Source of the DNA: a virus | IMG/VR virus record: IMGVR_UViG_3300033145_000192 | Location: 64,001 to 128,000 of that record | Direction: 5' to 3' (one strand) | Length of the DNA: 64,000 nucleotides | In this document: in pieces, positions 54,768 to 63,998 of the stretch | Position numbering within the stretch: position 1 is the first letter of the stretch | How the letters are laid out: every line of letters begins with the position of its first letter | Made by a program: the position numbers and the translations under genes | Notes under the pieces: generated by a model | Databases searched by the model: none | What the model saw: only the letters and a program-made list of their open reading frames with translations | What the model was told of the DNA's origin: nothing

Positions 54768-56368
54768 CTAGAGCCAGATTCGATTACTCTTTGCTGCCCA
54801 ATGATGTCATTGAGGGCTGCGGAAACTTCCTTGACTGACCTTACTGAATCTCTCAAGCCTGCTACGAAATTCCATACGGCCCTTACAATCGTAACGCCGA
54901 TTGTTATTCCAATCGCAGTAAGTATTGTCGAGTTACTAGCAATGAGACCTATCGTAGACTTGAATCCATCTACCATGGCTGTAGCGCCAGAAATCACCAT
55001 CTTCAAGAAGGTTCGCGTTTCTTCAGAGTTTACTAGAGAAACGAACGCTGCCTTAAGTCTGTTGATAGAACCCTGAAGACTGTTAGCCAAGTCCTCATTC
55101 TTACGCATTACGGCAATCGTGCTTTCGACTGCGAACTTGACTCTCTCCTCTTCATCACCAAACTTCTCAACGGACTCTCTTAGTTTGTCGATGTTTAGGG
55201 CGTAGGCAAGTGTCTGTTCGATGTTTCTACCACCAAAAGCTCGCGCCAACTGCTCGGAGATAGCGGTTCCAGCAGTATCACGGATTCTCTCTAGGATATC
55301 TAGGATGACTGTTAGTCCCTTGATTTGGCCGCTAGATGGGTCAATGACCTCAATGCCACTGATTTCCTTAATCATCTTCTGGTTCTTTGCGGCGAATGTA
55401 ACCATTCTCCTAAGACCAGTTGATAGGCGGCTTACGCTAGCACCAGTTACGTTGAAGCCTGTGGCGATGAATGCCATAGTCTGGTCTAGGTTAATGTTTT
55501 GAACATTCCTGAAAGCCGAACCGACTCTACGCGTTGCCTCCATCAATTCCTTGGCGTTAGCAATGGTCCTACTGGACGTGGCAGCTAGCTGGCTAGAAAT
55601 CTTGGTGAAGATGCCCATTTCCGTAGAGGCATCCTTGGCCACACCGATGTATTGGAGCTTAATGGCTGTAAGGCTACGAACGGCATCGGTAGCACTCAAT
55701 AGTCCATCCTCAAGACGAACTAGAGTCGTTACGGCATTTAGGAACTCGCTACTTGCGGTAGCCGTAGAGGAGCCCAGCTTTGTTGTCACTCCAATTAGTT
55801 GTTGACCAACACGAGCGGTCGTTAGAACGGCGTCAGTAACATCATCTAGGGAAAGACCAAGTTTCCTAGAAGTATTGATGATTAGGTTGATACCTGCCGA
55901 AGTCTTCTTTGCTTCAGACCCTAGCTTTGCGAATGCCTTTGCCGTTGTTCCCAGTCCTGCCATTGCATCAGAAAGTCCCGCAACATCACGCGTAAGACCT
56001 TTGGTTGCTTTACTTGTTTCAATGAATACGCGGCCTCCACCAGCGAAGAAAGATAGCCTGCGAGCCTGAGTATCAAGCTTGATGATTTGCTGAACAGCAG
56101 ACTTTAGCGCACCAATAGTAGCGAAGATGGCGGCGGCTGGAGCAGTCCAAGCCATTAGCCTCTTGGCAGCAAACTGGACCTGTCTACCAAACTGGAACGC
56201 ATTAGACGTTCCTTGCTTGATAGCCTTGTTCAAGTTTACCTGGTTTTTGGTTACTCTATCAATCAGTCTAGAGCTTTGGCCCATGAATATCCTGTTGATA
56301 TCCATTTGGGCTCTTTTAATTGATGATGGAGTGATGCCAACACTAAATTGAATGTCATCTCTGGGCAT
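54611..56368 (-). CDS. Tape measure protein, N-terminal frame (TP901/PhageMin_Tail-like)
   Basis: Follows tube and chaperones; LSLDDVTDAVLTTAR..ELMEATRRVGSAF..LDQTMAFIA..STGLRRM is a typical TMP core. Confidence 0.8.
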   Translation of the reverse strand: MPRDDIQFSVGITPSSIKRAQMDINRIFMGQSSRLIDRVTKNQVNLNKAIKQGTSNAFQFGRQVQFAAKRLMAWTAPAAAIFATIGALKSAVQQIIKLDTQARRLSFFAGGGRVFIETSKATKGLTRDVAGLSDAMAGLGTTAKAFAKLGSEAKKTSAGINLIINTSRKLGLSLDDVTDAVLTTARVGQQLIGVTTKLGSSTATASSEFLNAVTTLVRLEDGLLSATDAVRSLTAIKLQYIGVAKDASTEMGIFTKISSQLAATSSRTIANAKELMEATRRVGSAFRNVQNINLDQTMAFIATGFNVTGASVSRLSTGLRRMVTFAAKNQKMIKEISGIEVIDPSSGQIKGLTVILDILERIRDTAGTAISEQLARAFGGRNIEQTLAYALNIDKLRESVEKFGDEEERVKFAVESTIAVMRKNEDLANSLQGSINRLKAAFVSLVNSEETRTFLKMVISGATAMVDGFKSTIGLIASNSTILTAIGITIGVTIVRAVWNFVAGLRDSVRSVKEVSAALNDIIGQQRVIESGSRRISAAGGPAGMVRGGIIAVEAVEEVEAAVALLEPVEQDLALDLSSVVAAGH

Positions 56369-56382
56369 TTAATTCTCCTACG

Positions 56383-56428
56383 AAAAAAGACCATGTGCGC
56401 AGTTAATTATCTGAGCAACATGGCCTTT
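56383..56428 (-). terminator. Rho-independent terminator-like hairpin immediately upstream of the tape measure RBS
   Basis: Minus strand AAAGGCCATGT.GC.CAG-loop-CTG.GCACATGGTCTTT followed by a T-run. Confidence 0.65.
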
Positions 56429-56450
56429 AGTTTAGTCCGTTTGAGAGGAT

Positions 56451-57230
56451 TTAGTCTTTGGATGCAGCCTTCTTTTTTCTCTTCTTAGCCTTTTTAGGCT
56501 TTGCTTCTGGTTCCGGTTCATCAGCTTCGGCCTCTACTTCTGCCTCTGCTTCTGCTTCTTTTGCTGCTTCTTCTGCTTCTATCTTTACTCGTTCTTCCTC
56601 GGCCACTCGTTCTGAATAGGCTGTTAGCCACCTGTTCTCAGAATAGATTTGGCTAAGGTCGCTTGGAAGCTCTTCACCCATGGTGACCTCTAGGGATGCG
56701 ATTACCGTCTCCATATAGGAGTCCCTAGCTGCCTGCTCCTCGGCACGACTTTTGAAATCCTCTACACTCTTATATACACGAGAACCAGTTGTCTTGTGAT
56801 AGATACATTGGGTAACCAGGAATTGGTTACGCTCTTCTCCACCAACAGATTCACATGTGTTCTCGGCAATAGAGACAATGGGGTCGTTATGATTCTGGAG
56901 TTCGGTTCTAAGCACAACAAGCTCTTCACAGATAGCCTTTGCTGCTTCATCCCCAAGCTCTTCTTCTCCATCCTTCAGTTTGGCTTCTAGATTTCCAATC
57001 TGGAGTTGGAGCACTGCTGCCTCACGCTCCTTATCGTCATCCCAAATGCCACGCTCACGTAGAATCTTTTCTACCTCAACGCTGGTCAGGATGCCATCCC
57101 TAAAGCATTTCGAGAATGTCTTTTTGAAAATCAACTCTGCCGCGTTAAGCGAACCTTGACTTGGTGGACGGAATTCCAAAACCAAATCGTTTCCATTCTC
57201 ATCCTTCGTGGTGAAAACCCTAATCCTCAT
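56451..57230 (-). CDS. Putative tail assembly chaperone (short paralogue)
   Basis: Lies between tube and TMP; aligns by eye with the N-terminal half of 57541..58740; acidic/basic tail. Confidence 0.5.
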   Translation of the reverse strand: MRIRVFTTKDENGNDLVLEFRPPSQGSLNAAELIFKKTFSKCFRDGILTSVEVEKILRERGIWDDDKEREAAVLQLQIGNLEAKLKDGEEELGDEAAKAICEELVVLRTELQNHNDPIVSIAENTCESVGGEERNQFLVTQCIYHKTTGSRVYKSVEDFKSRAEEQAARDSYMETVIASLEVTMGEELPSDLSQIYSENRWLTAYSERVAEEERVKIEAEEAAKEAEAEAEVEAEADEPEPEAKPKKAKKRKKKAASKD

Positions 57231-57241
57231 CCTATCCTCCG

Positions 57242-57541
57242 TTATTCTGGTGGCGGGATAATCTTGAAATCAATGTGATAGTTCAAGAACTCAATGTTGT
57301 ATTGATTATCCAACTCAGATTCCATGTTCCGAATTTGGTCGTTACCAATATTCAATATCTTAGACCTCAGCTTCCTGAAGGTCTCCTCTTCCAGTGCTCC
57401 GTCTGCCCTCTCTTTATCAAGGGCATCTAGAACTCCTACATAAATACGTTTCATCTTGTGACGGACGCTAGCCTTCAACTTCTTCTTGGACTTGTCAGAC
57501 CAATTGTCTGTTTTTTTCTCGATGTGTTTACCAAGCCTCAT
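57242..57541 (-). CDS. Hypothetical protein
   Basis: 99-aa ORF, TGATG-coupled to the upstream gene. Confidence 0.55.
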   Translation of the reverse strand: MRLGKHIEKKTDNWSDKSKKKLKASVRHKMKRIYVGVLDALDKERADGALEEETFRKLRSKILNIGNDQIRNMESELDNQYNIEFLNYHIDFKIIPPPE

Positions 57542-58740
57542 CAGATTGTCCCTCCTGGGAACTGCTTGAAGGCGTTCCGACCACCTTGTCGCCCGCCTCG
57601 TCGTTGTCCACCACGGCTCTTCTTATCCAAAACAGCATCGGTAGAACCGATTATTCTTCGCGCACCACGATTGTTTCGTGAACGCAAGTCCTTTTCGTTC
57701 AATACCTTCTTATCTCGGATATGACCAAGCTCCTTCATTTTGAACTTACGAGTATTAGGTGAGTTTAACTCATCAACAACGGCTGTGTCTGGTGCGTTAG
57801 GGTTGATGTCCGGGTTGGTTACGATGAACACTTCACCGTGTCGTGCTACCTCTTGCGATACCTTAACGCCACGTCCGACATCTTCTCTAGTTCCAGAAGT
57901 CCTAGACTTTCTCTTCTTGCGTTGCTTATCTTGCACCTCGAACCAAGCATCCAATTTAGCATCATTTTCAATCACCTCCTCTGGTGGAGGCTCTGGAGAT
58001 TCGTATACAGAGTCATATACCTGACTCCAGTATAGTAGATTTTGTTGGTCATTGTCCAACTCAATAATCGGTTTTCCAAACAAACTATCTATGTTGCTCT
58101 TTGCACCATTCCACCTAAAGCGCCAGTGGGAACTTCTAGCAACCTCTCTTGTTTCACTAATAGGAACAGTGGTATCTTCGGCTAACGCAATTATCAACCC
58201 ACCAATTAGAGTTATATCGGTTTCGTTTAGGAAATCGTCCCACGTTTCCCATAACCTCTTGTCGTTCTCATCATACGATAAGCAGTAGGCTAGTGCAAGA
58301 CTTCTGACTTCTTCTGCATATACTTCTGCCGAAGCGGCAAACATCGACCGCTTCTTTTGTTCTAGTTCTTTTAGTGCGCGGCCTTGGGCTTCAATAACCT
58401 TGGCAGTTCTCTTGAAAACTCTTGAATTCTTCTTCGCACCTGTGATTTCTTCCCCAAGCTCCTTGATGCGCTTTTTGGACCGCTTAATGGCATCGTCCTC
58501 ATGTGGACCCCATAGCTCTCGCTCATTTAGAATTCGCTTAAGCTCAAAGCGACCCAAAACACCAGTAGACATAGCTTCCTTGAGCGCCTTATCATAAATG
58601 AAAGACACAAAGCCTTTTTGTCTACTATTTGGGGATTTGAGTATGACAATCTTTTTCTTGCCATATTCATTTTCGATGTAATTATACCTGGAGCCCCACG
58701 TAATCCTAGCAATCCTATCCTCAATCTCCTCTGGAGACAC
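57541..58740 (-). CDS. Putative tail assembly chaperone (long paralogue)
   Basis: GTG start after GGGGG; shares the G+L..E..+IL.ER.+W motif with 56451..57230 and has an extra C-terminal domain. Confidence 0.5.
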   Translation of the reverse strand: MSPEEIEDRIARITWGSRYNYIENEYGKKKIVILKSPNSRQKGFVSFIYDKALKEAMSTGVLGRFELKRILNERELWGPHEDDAIKRSKKRIKELGEEITGAKKNSRVFKRTAKVIEAQGRALKELEQKKRSMFAASAEVYAEEVRSLALAYCLSYDENDKRLWETWDDFLNETDITLIGGLIIALAEDTTVPISETREVARSSHWRFRWNGAKSNIDSLFGKPIIELDNDQQNLLYWSQVYDSVYESPEPPPEEVIENDAKLDAWFEVQDKQRKKRKSRTSGTREDVGRGVKVSQEVARHGEVFIVTNPDINPNAPDTAVVDELNSPNTRKFKMKELGHIRDKKVLNEKDLRSRNNRGARRIIGSTDAVLDKKSRGGQRRGGRQGGRNAFKQFPGGTI

Positions 58741-58758
58741 ACCACCCCCTTATAGGGT

Positions 58759-58781
58759 AAAGGGGCGAGCAAGCCCGCCCC
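58759..58781 (-). terminator. Terminator-like hairpin after the tail tube gene
   Basis: Minus strand GGGGCGGG-CTTG-CTCGCCCC followed by TTT. Confidence 0.6.
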
Positions 58782-58802
58782 AGACCTTTCCTTAACCAGA
58801 CC

Positions 58803-59960
58803 TTATAGGAACACCTCGTGCGAGATTGTCAAATCGTTGAAGGTGCTGTAGTTGTAAGTCACGCTCATGTTGTCGCCACCAGCTTCTCCACCCGTTAGGT
58901 CGATAGACTGCAAACGACTCTTGTTTCCAAGGTTAATCCTCAAACCCTCGCAGAGCTTGATGATGATTTCCTGGTCAGCAGTGTTCTCGGCTACAACGCA
59001 GTTCACTGCCTCGTAGGAGATAGCATCGACCAAGTCACCCTGGGAAGTAATTGCCTCAATGGCGCACGTTACCTCAACTGGATAGGAAACATACTTGAAG
59101 AACGGACGCTTGGAGCCAAGCTCAAAGATGTCCTCACGTCCAAGGTCACAGGAAATTGTGATGCCCTGAATGTGCTCGCTGATGTTTGTCAATGTTCCGG
59201 ACGCACTGACGCCAGGAATATCGGTTGGTAGGCGAGATACAACTAGGTCGAAGCCTTCGCGTCTTTCGACACCAGAACCGATTGTCGTAGCGGACTCACC
59301 ACCACTCGTTGTGAATGGAGTAATTCCACCAGGATTAGGAGCCAAGATACCACTTGGGTAACCTAGCTGCGTCTGCGTGCTTCCACCATCTCCAACACCG
59401 CTACCTCTTAGTAGGTTAGTTGGAAGTGGGTCTCCACCCTCAAAGTTGGACCAAATCTTGTCATTACCAACTAGGGTGACAGACTCGGTGAAGTTTCCGT
59501 CAACTGGGAACGAGTAGTTGATGGAGCTTAGATACATACCGGAACCGTATGCCATAGATAGTGGCGTTCCAATTGCGCTCGTCTGAGTATCCGCATAGAT
59601 AGGAACGGCAATGTCTGCTCTATAGCTGGCAGTTCTCCCGATAAGAGTCGAAGTTCCACGAGGACCAGTAGTCATGAACCATAGAGGCTTAGTTCCATCA
59701 AGAACCTTCTCAATGGTGAACTCAATCTCTGGCTCAAGCTCTACATACTCGTATAGCTGGATTTGACCAAGCTGGAATACTTGTTCGAAGTTGAATGTCG
59801 TTGTCATTCCAACGGACTGAACGCCGCGTGGGATATCCCAGCGGCCAGAAGGAGCAACGTCAACTCCTGCGATAAGTGGAACTACTTCGTTTGTGGGTGT
59901 AGTCCCATTTTCCTTAATTGCTACACTGTGAATAGCGTAGAATACTCTATTGTTAGGCAT
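58803..59960 (-). CDS. Major tail (tube) protein, putative
   Basis: Position between neck genes and TMP, strong RBS, own promoter and terminator; GVQSVGMTTTFNFEQVFQLGQ and DLGREDIFELG duplicated tube-type motifs. Confidence 0.65.
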   Translation of the reverse strand: MPNNRVFYAIHSVAIKENGTTPTNEVVPLIAGVDVAPSGRWDIPRGVQSVGMTTTFNFEQVFQLGQIQLYEYVELEPEIEFTIEKVLDGTKPLWFMTTGPRGTSTLIGRTASYRADIAVPIYADTQTSAIGTPLSMAYGSGMYLSSINYSFPVDGNFTESVTLVGNDKIWSNFEGGDPLPTNLLRGSGVGDGGSTQTQLGYPSGILAPNPGGITPFTTSGGESATTIGSGVERREGFDLVVSRLPTDIPGVSASGTLTNISEHIQGITISCDLGREDIFELGSKRPFFKYVSYPVEVTCAIEAITSQGDLVDAISYEAVNCVVAENTADQEIIIKLCEGLRINLGNKSRLQSIDLTGGEAGGDNMSVTYNYSTFNDLTISHEVFL

Positions 59961-60009
59961 TTTCTACTCCCTCCGAATTAGGACTGCTGATGTCTAAAAC
60001 CACTGGCTA

Positions 60010-60019
60010 CTTGATTATA
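60010..60019 (-). promoter_or_regulatory. Putative -10 element TATAATCAAG upstream of the tail tube gene
   Basis: Identical 10-mer to the one upstream of ssb; no canonical -35. Confidence 0.4.
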
Positions 60020-60029
60020 CACCAAACAC

Positions 60030-60950
60030 CTAAAAGTTCGGATATACTCTAGCATTAAAATTGACTCTGGTGCGCTCTATCTCAAACAAAGGCATATCCT
60101 TCGTCGGACCAGTTTGGTCTAGATAGATTCGTCTCCAAAAATATTGGCCATTCACATCAGCCAAGGTTGAGTAAGTTGTGAAATTTGGATTGCGTTCCCC
60201 TCTACTTAAGAGTGGATATTGAGCCGTATTGAAGTCGATTCCAACGAGCACTTGTCTTTGTTCATCCGCAAGGATATCCTCAATCATATCCCTTTGGAAA
60301 TCATCGTGTGCCCATACATGGAATACACCAAAATAATCGGCAACTAGTGACCTCCAACCGAGTTCGTATCCAAACGACGTTCTGGTCAATATATCAATGA
60401 ATACGGCAGGAAGCGTCCTTGTATCTGATGTAGGATAACTCTCTACACCAGTTTGGGCCGGGTTATCTTTCATCGAAGTCTCTATTTGCAATGGCATGTT
60501 TTCATTATTGAATGCATTGGCGAAATCAACAGTGACTTCTTTGAATGAGTAGTTTGCTTGAACAACTGGGCTGCCCGTTAGTGGACTATCGAAAATCACT
60601 CTTCCATTTGGAAAATCAATTATGTGCGCGTATGTCCCAGTTGTCTGTGTCGTCTGATAAAACGTCCCGTCTACTATAACACCAGAAGAGACAACCGGAG
60701 GCGAGATAATTCCGGATTCGATAGGAATGATACCGCTCTCATAGACCCAGCCTTTGTATGGACTTTGGAACACAGTTCCGTCAACAGGAAATGTGGGGTC
60801 TTGGGATGGCATCAAACGACTTATGTCATTTCCATACACATCCGTAGTTCCAGATGCAATAGTGGTGAAGAGTCCATGTCTGAGGAATAGGTCATTTAGC
60901 CACAACTCAAGGTTTGACTTTAGCAATGCTTTCTTGCCCATTGTAGCCAT
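60030..60950 (-). CDS. Putative tail terminator/completion protein
   Basis: Directly upstream of the tube gene; LPAVFID..ELG..RDMIEDIL terminator-like core. Confidence 0.45.
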   Translation of the reverse strand: MATMGKKALLKSNLELWLNDLFLRHGLFTTIASGTTDVYGNDISRLMPSQDPTFPVDGTVFQSPYKGWVYESGIIPIESGIISPPVVSSGVIVDGTFYQTTQTTGTYAHIIDFPNGRVIFDSPLTGSPVVQANYSFKEVTVDFANAFNNENMPLQIETSMKDNPAQTGVESYPTSDTRTLPAVFIDILTRTSFGYELGWRSLVADYFGVFHVWAHDDFQRDMIEDILADEQRQVLVGIDFNTAQYPLLSRGERNPNFTTYSTLADVNGQYFWRRIYLDQTGPTKDMPLFEIERTRVNFNARVYPNF

Positions 60951-61591
60951 TATGCACCCCTCCTAGGTATAATCTTGGCACCGCGAGACTTAATTGCTCT
61001 AACGGCGTCAGCACGAACCTCGTCCATTGTGTCTAGTAGCCTCATCACCTTCGGTAGAAATACCCATAGACCGCCTCGAATCATTATGCCAGCACCAGTT
61101 CTCGACGTTTTTGGAATCGGCTGATGTGCGCTGAACCTTGCACCAACAACAGTCTGACCATCAATGAACCACTCCATCCATGGGATATTGGTGAAGATTG
61201 TATTTGATACTTCGATATTGCATTCTGGTGCATCAAACCATCTATCAGTATTTAGCTTTATCGAAACAGTTCCATTTCCTCCTATACCAGCAACAACTTT
61301 TATCGTCATGACTGTTGTAGGATGTTTTGGAGATAGCAATTTCCATGCAGCTTGGGTCTTGTCACGCCTAATCGCGCCCCCCATTCCGATACCCAACTGT
61401 GCAGCCTCATCGTCTGTTGGAATGAATCTCTCCTTATTTCTGGTTATAGTTCGGTCAACAGAATCTTCTACATATGGCTGTAGGTTTGCGAAGTTGTTCT
61501 TGAATTTTCTACGAACGAGTTGCCCAAAAAGACTCTTGGCCTTTTCTACTGTTCCTCGCACGATTTTGAATTCAATAAGTCTTTCAGCCAC
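60950..61591 (-). CDS. Putative neck/tail-completion protein
   Basis: Position in the neck operon; likely GTG start overlapping the upstream TAG; IPWMEW..G and SRTGAGIM motifs. Confidence 0.4.
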   Translation of the reverse strand: MAERLIEFKIVRGTVEKAKSLFGQLVRRKFKNNFANLQPYVEDSVDRTITRNKERFIPTDDEAAQLGIGMGGAIRRDKTQAAWKLLSPKHPTTVMTIKVVAGIGGNGTVSIKLNTDRWFDAPECNIEVSNTIFTNIPWMEWFIDGQTVVGARFSAHQPIPKTSRTGAGIMIRGGLWVFLPKVMRLLDTMDEVRADAVRAIKSRGAKIIPRRGA

Positions 61592-62109
61592 TACTTGTCC
61601 ATCTTTCTCCATGTAGCTTGAACATAATAGACGGTTCCACCAAATGCACGCTTCTCTAGGTCTCCAATTAGCTTGTAGTTCTCTCCATCTATAGTTGCTC
61701 CAATGCACTTCTGCAAATGCACATATGACGCAATAACCGTCTTTGTAATCAAGACGCGCTGAGATATTCTTCCTGCTGGAGTATCCTGTCCACCACTATC
61801 GGCACTCTCTAGCTTCATCTCTTCATGGCGGATATTTGCAGTATATGAGGTTTGCCTTTGCTCTAGCATGAACCCCTCGCCCTTACAGGCTCCACAAATA
61901 CCACCAGTGGCGCTCATGTGTTTCTTATAGGTCGAGTTGTATCTACACGAACCTACACATGCAGACTTTAGTGGCGGAAGGTGAAGCGTAATCGCTCTTC
62001 CTCCTTGCATTATGGTATCCATAGCAATGCGCCACTTTGTCTTCAAACTAGACATCAAGTTAGGCATCGAATTGCCGTGAAAGCCTTCGCCATTAGTAAT
62101 TACGCCCAT
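61591..62109 (-). CDS. Putative head-closure protein with Zn-finger insert
   Basis: CxxxC..CGAC.GEG insert; C-terminal IDGENY..IGD stopper-like beta strands. Confidence 0.45.
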   Translation of the reverse strand: MGVITNGEGFHGNSMPNLMSSLKTKWRIAMDTIMQGGRAITLHLPPLKSACVGSCRYNSTYKKHMSATGGICGACKGEGFMLEQRQTSYTANIRHEEMKLESADSGGQDTPAGRISQRVLITKTVIASYVHLQKCIGATIDGENYKLIGDLEKRAFGGTVYYVQATWRKMDK

Positions 62110-62117
62110 GACAACTC

Positions 62118-62498
62118 CTAGTAGATAAGTCTGCCTATAGTGCCACTCATGTTATACAGGTTTATCGCCTCCTTGAGTTCGGCACACGGACTATTCATGC
62201 TATCAAAGAATGAGCCACGCGCTACGGATTGGCCACGGGTGTCGAGCTTCTGCTCACCGTCCACTGCAAGAAGCCCAGCAGTGCCGTCTGTTAATTCCTG
62301 CTGGAATTCTCTAGAGGCTATCATGCACTCTGCCTGGAGAAGAACGATGTCTTCCAGGTCGTCATTGTCAGGCGACATGACGCCGCTTGCATTTACGGTT
62401 GTCTGATTTGTTGTGCCGGTCAAGTGTAGCCGACGATTTACTCGTCTTGATGCCTTCTGCAAGATGGCAACTAGCACGGCATTTGTGAAACGGGCCAT
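62118..62498 (-). CDS. Putative head-tail adaptor protein
   Basis: Small helical protein (ILQKASRRVN..IVLLQAECMIA) with a strong GGAGGAGG RBS at the start of the neck operon. Confidence 0.45.
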   Translation of the reverse strand: MARFTNAVLVAILQKASRRVNRRLHLTGTTNQTTVNASGVMSPDNDDLEDIVLLQAECMIASREFQQELTDGTAGLLAVDGEQKLDTRGQSVARGSFFDSMNSPCAELKEAINLYNMSGTIGRLIY

Positions 62499-62573
62499 AT
62501 CTTCCTCCTCCTGCGATAGAGTCTTAGAATATCATACACTTATCTGGGGTGTAAGACATGAGCCACATTCTAT

Positions 62574-63998
62574 TTAGAAGTTTGTGCCGTAATATGGGGC
62601 GTTTTCGGTCACCGCATCATCTGCCCTTGAGTAGTAAATCCAAATTCTAGCATCCCTGAATGGTTCACCACCAGCCTTTGCCCTGAACTGATACCCACGG
62701 TCATCAATAACTTCATTCTCATTGATGAGTCCAACCTGCCAAAATTGTAGTCCACTACCAATGTGATTTGTTAGGTCCGTAATAGCGATGTCATTTAGAT
62801 ATTCGGGAGCCCAGTTAAGAGTCTGAGCGTGGTTTGAATATCTTTTGAATTCCAATCCACTGCCTATTTCTGTGAACGAAGTCCATGGGTCAGAACCAGA
62901 AACTTCGCACCAAATACCACCCAATCTGGTCCAATCCAGTGCATTGTAAACACTTACGTTATATGTCTCAAATAGAATCTTGGTGATATTAGCATTGTCT
63001 GGCAGTTCAGTGATATCAAAAATGCAAGCAGAACGATACAGAACAGTGGCATCCCTGCCGACAAACTCGGAGGCATCAGCATCCCACCTGTTACCAATGT
63101 CGTAACTCGTAGTATGCACTCCAGTTATGACTGTTAGGTGGTCAAGTCCCTCGTCCCATGGACCGTCAACGAAGTCGTCAGTAGTATTTACTTCGAACGT
63201 ATGGTCATAGCTCTTGTGAGCAGCAGTATTTTGTAGAACCAAGCACACACCAAAGCGGTCTGTTTCATCATCATTAACTACGCTGAATATCGCATTGTCT
63301 ACTGTCGTAGCCAACTTCAGTCCTGTGCCTAGAAATGCGGCTTCTTCCTGTGAGTGCGCAGGGTGCGTGTCTGAATCATCATTGCTTTGTGGAAGACGAC
63401 AGAATTGTCCAGCATAATACTCAAGTGGCAATAGTCCATATTCAATAGCCGCACCAGCCACAAGACAGTCAATCTGACAACGATATTCTCCTTGTGGCCA
63501 TTCTACGCCTGGAAGACCAGACATACTTACTGCATCATATGCAACTCCACCAACTGCTGCGGGAACCGTAAGAGCCTTGGTTCTTTCTGTAATACTGTCG
63601 GCATGTTTTGTGATGTATTCTGTATAGATGCCAGTATGCGCTGAAACACCAGCAGCATATGTTCCACCACGAATATACATGGTCATTGTTCCGCTAGGAA
63701 CGCTATACCTTCCTTGTGAGCGTTGGCCCAGCAATTTTCCAGTTACATCAAGCTCTGATTCTGGAAGATGCTCAGTCCACTGTCTCCAGCTTATCTCCTC
63801 TGTTGCTCCATCGTGTGTAGAAAGCAACTCATTGTCATCAACTTGCTTACCGTGACGAATCAATTCAGGAGCAGGAAGCTTGAAATCAGTCCACTTTTTG
63901 AATATAGTTTTTTCTGGAATGCCACTTTTTGTAAGTCTAGCAACAGCCTTTTCTTCAGCATAGACTACACGCGACTGATTGGTATTGATTGCTCCACC
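62574..63998 (-). CDS. Putative virion decoration protein, partial (frame open to the right edge), DNRLRE/CBM96-like C-terminus
   Basis: The frame continues upstream of 63863 (GGAINTNQSRVVYAEE..). YRSACIFDITELPDNANITKI..RIWIYY resembles a DNRLRE-type domain. Confidence 0.45.
   Translation of the reverse strand, partial: GGAINTNQSRVVYAEEKAVARLTKSGIPEKTIFKKWTDFKLPAPELIRHGKQVDDNELLSTHDGATEEISWRQWTEHLPESELDVTGKLLGQRSQGRYSVPSGTMTMYIRGGTYAAGVSAHTGIYTEYITKHADSITERTKALTVPAAVGGVAYDAVSMSGLPGVEWPQGEYRCQIDCLVAGAAIEYGLLPLEYYAGQFCRLPQSNDDSDTHPAHSQEEAAFLGTGLKLATTVDNAIFSVVNDDETDRFGVCLVLQNTAAHKSYDHTFEVNTTDDFVDGPWDEGLDHLTVITGVHTTSYDIGNRWDADASEFVGRDATVLYRSACIFDITELPDNANITKILFETYNVSVYNALDWTRLGGIWCEVSGSDPWTSFTEIGSGLEFKRYSNHAQTLNWAPEYLNDIAITDLTNHIGSGLQFWQVGLINENEVIDDRGYQFRAKAGGEPFRDARIWIYYSRADDAVTENAPYYGTNF

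Noticed and set aside
57230-57560. Programmed -1 frameshift in the tail chaperone region (A7 run near 57512-57518)
   Set aside because: The run lies early in the 99-aa gene and I saw no long alternative frame that it would join; the genes have their own starts.
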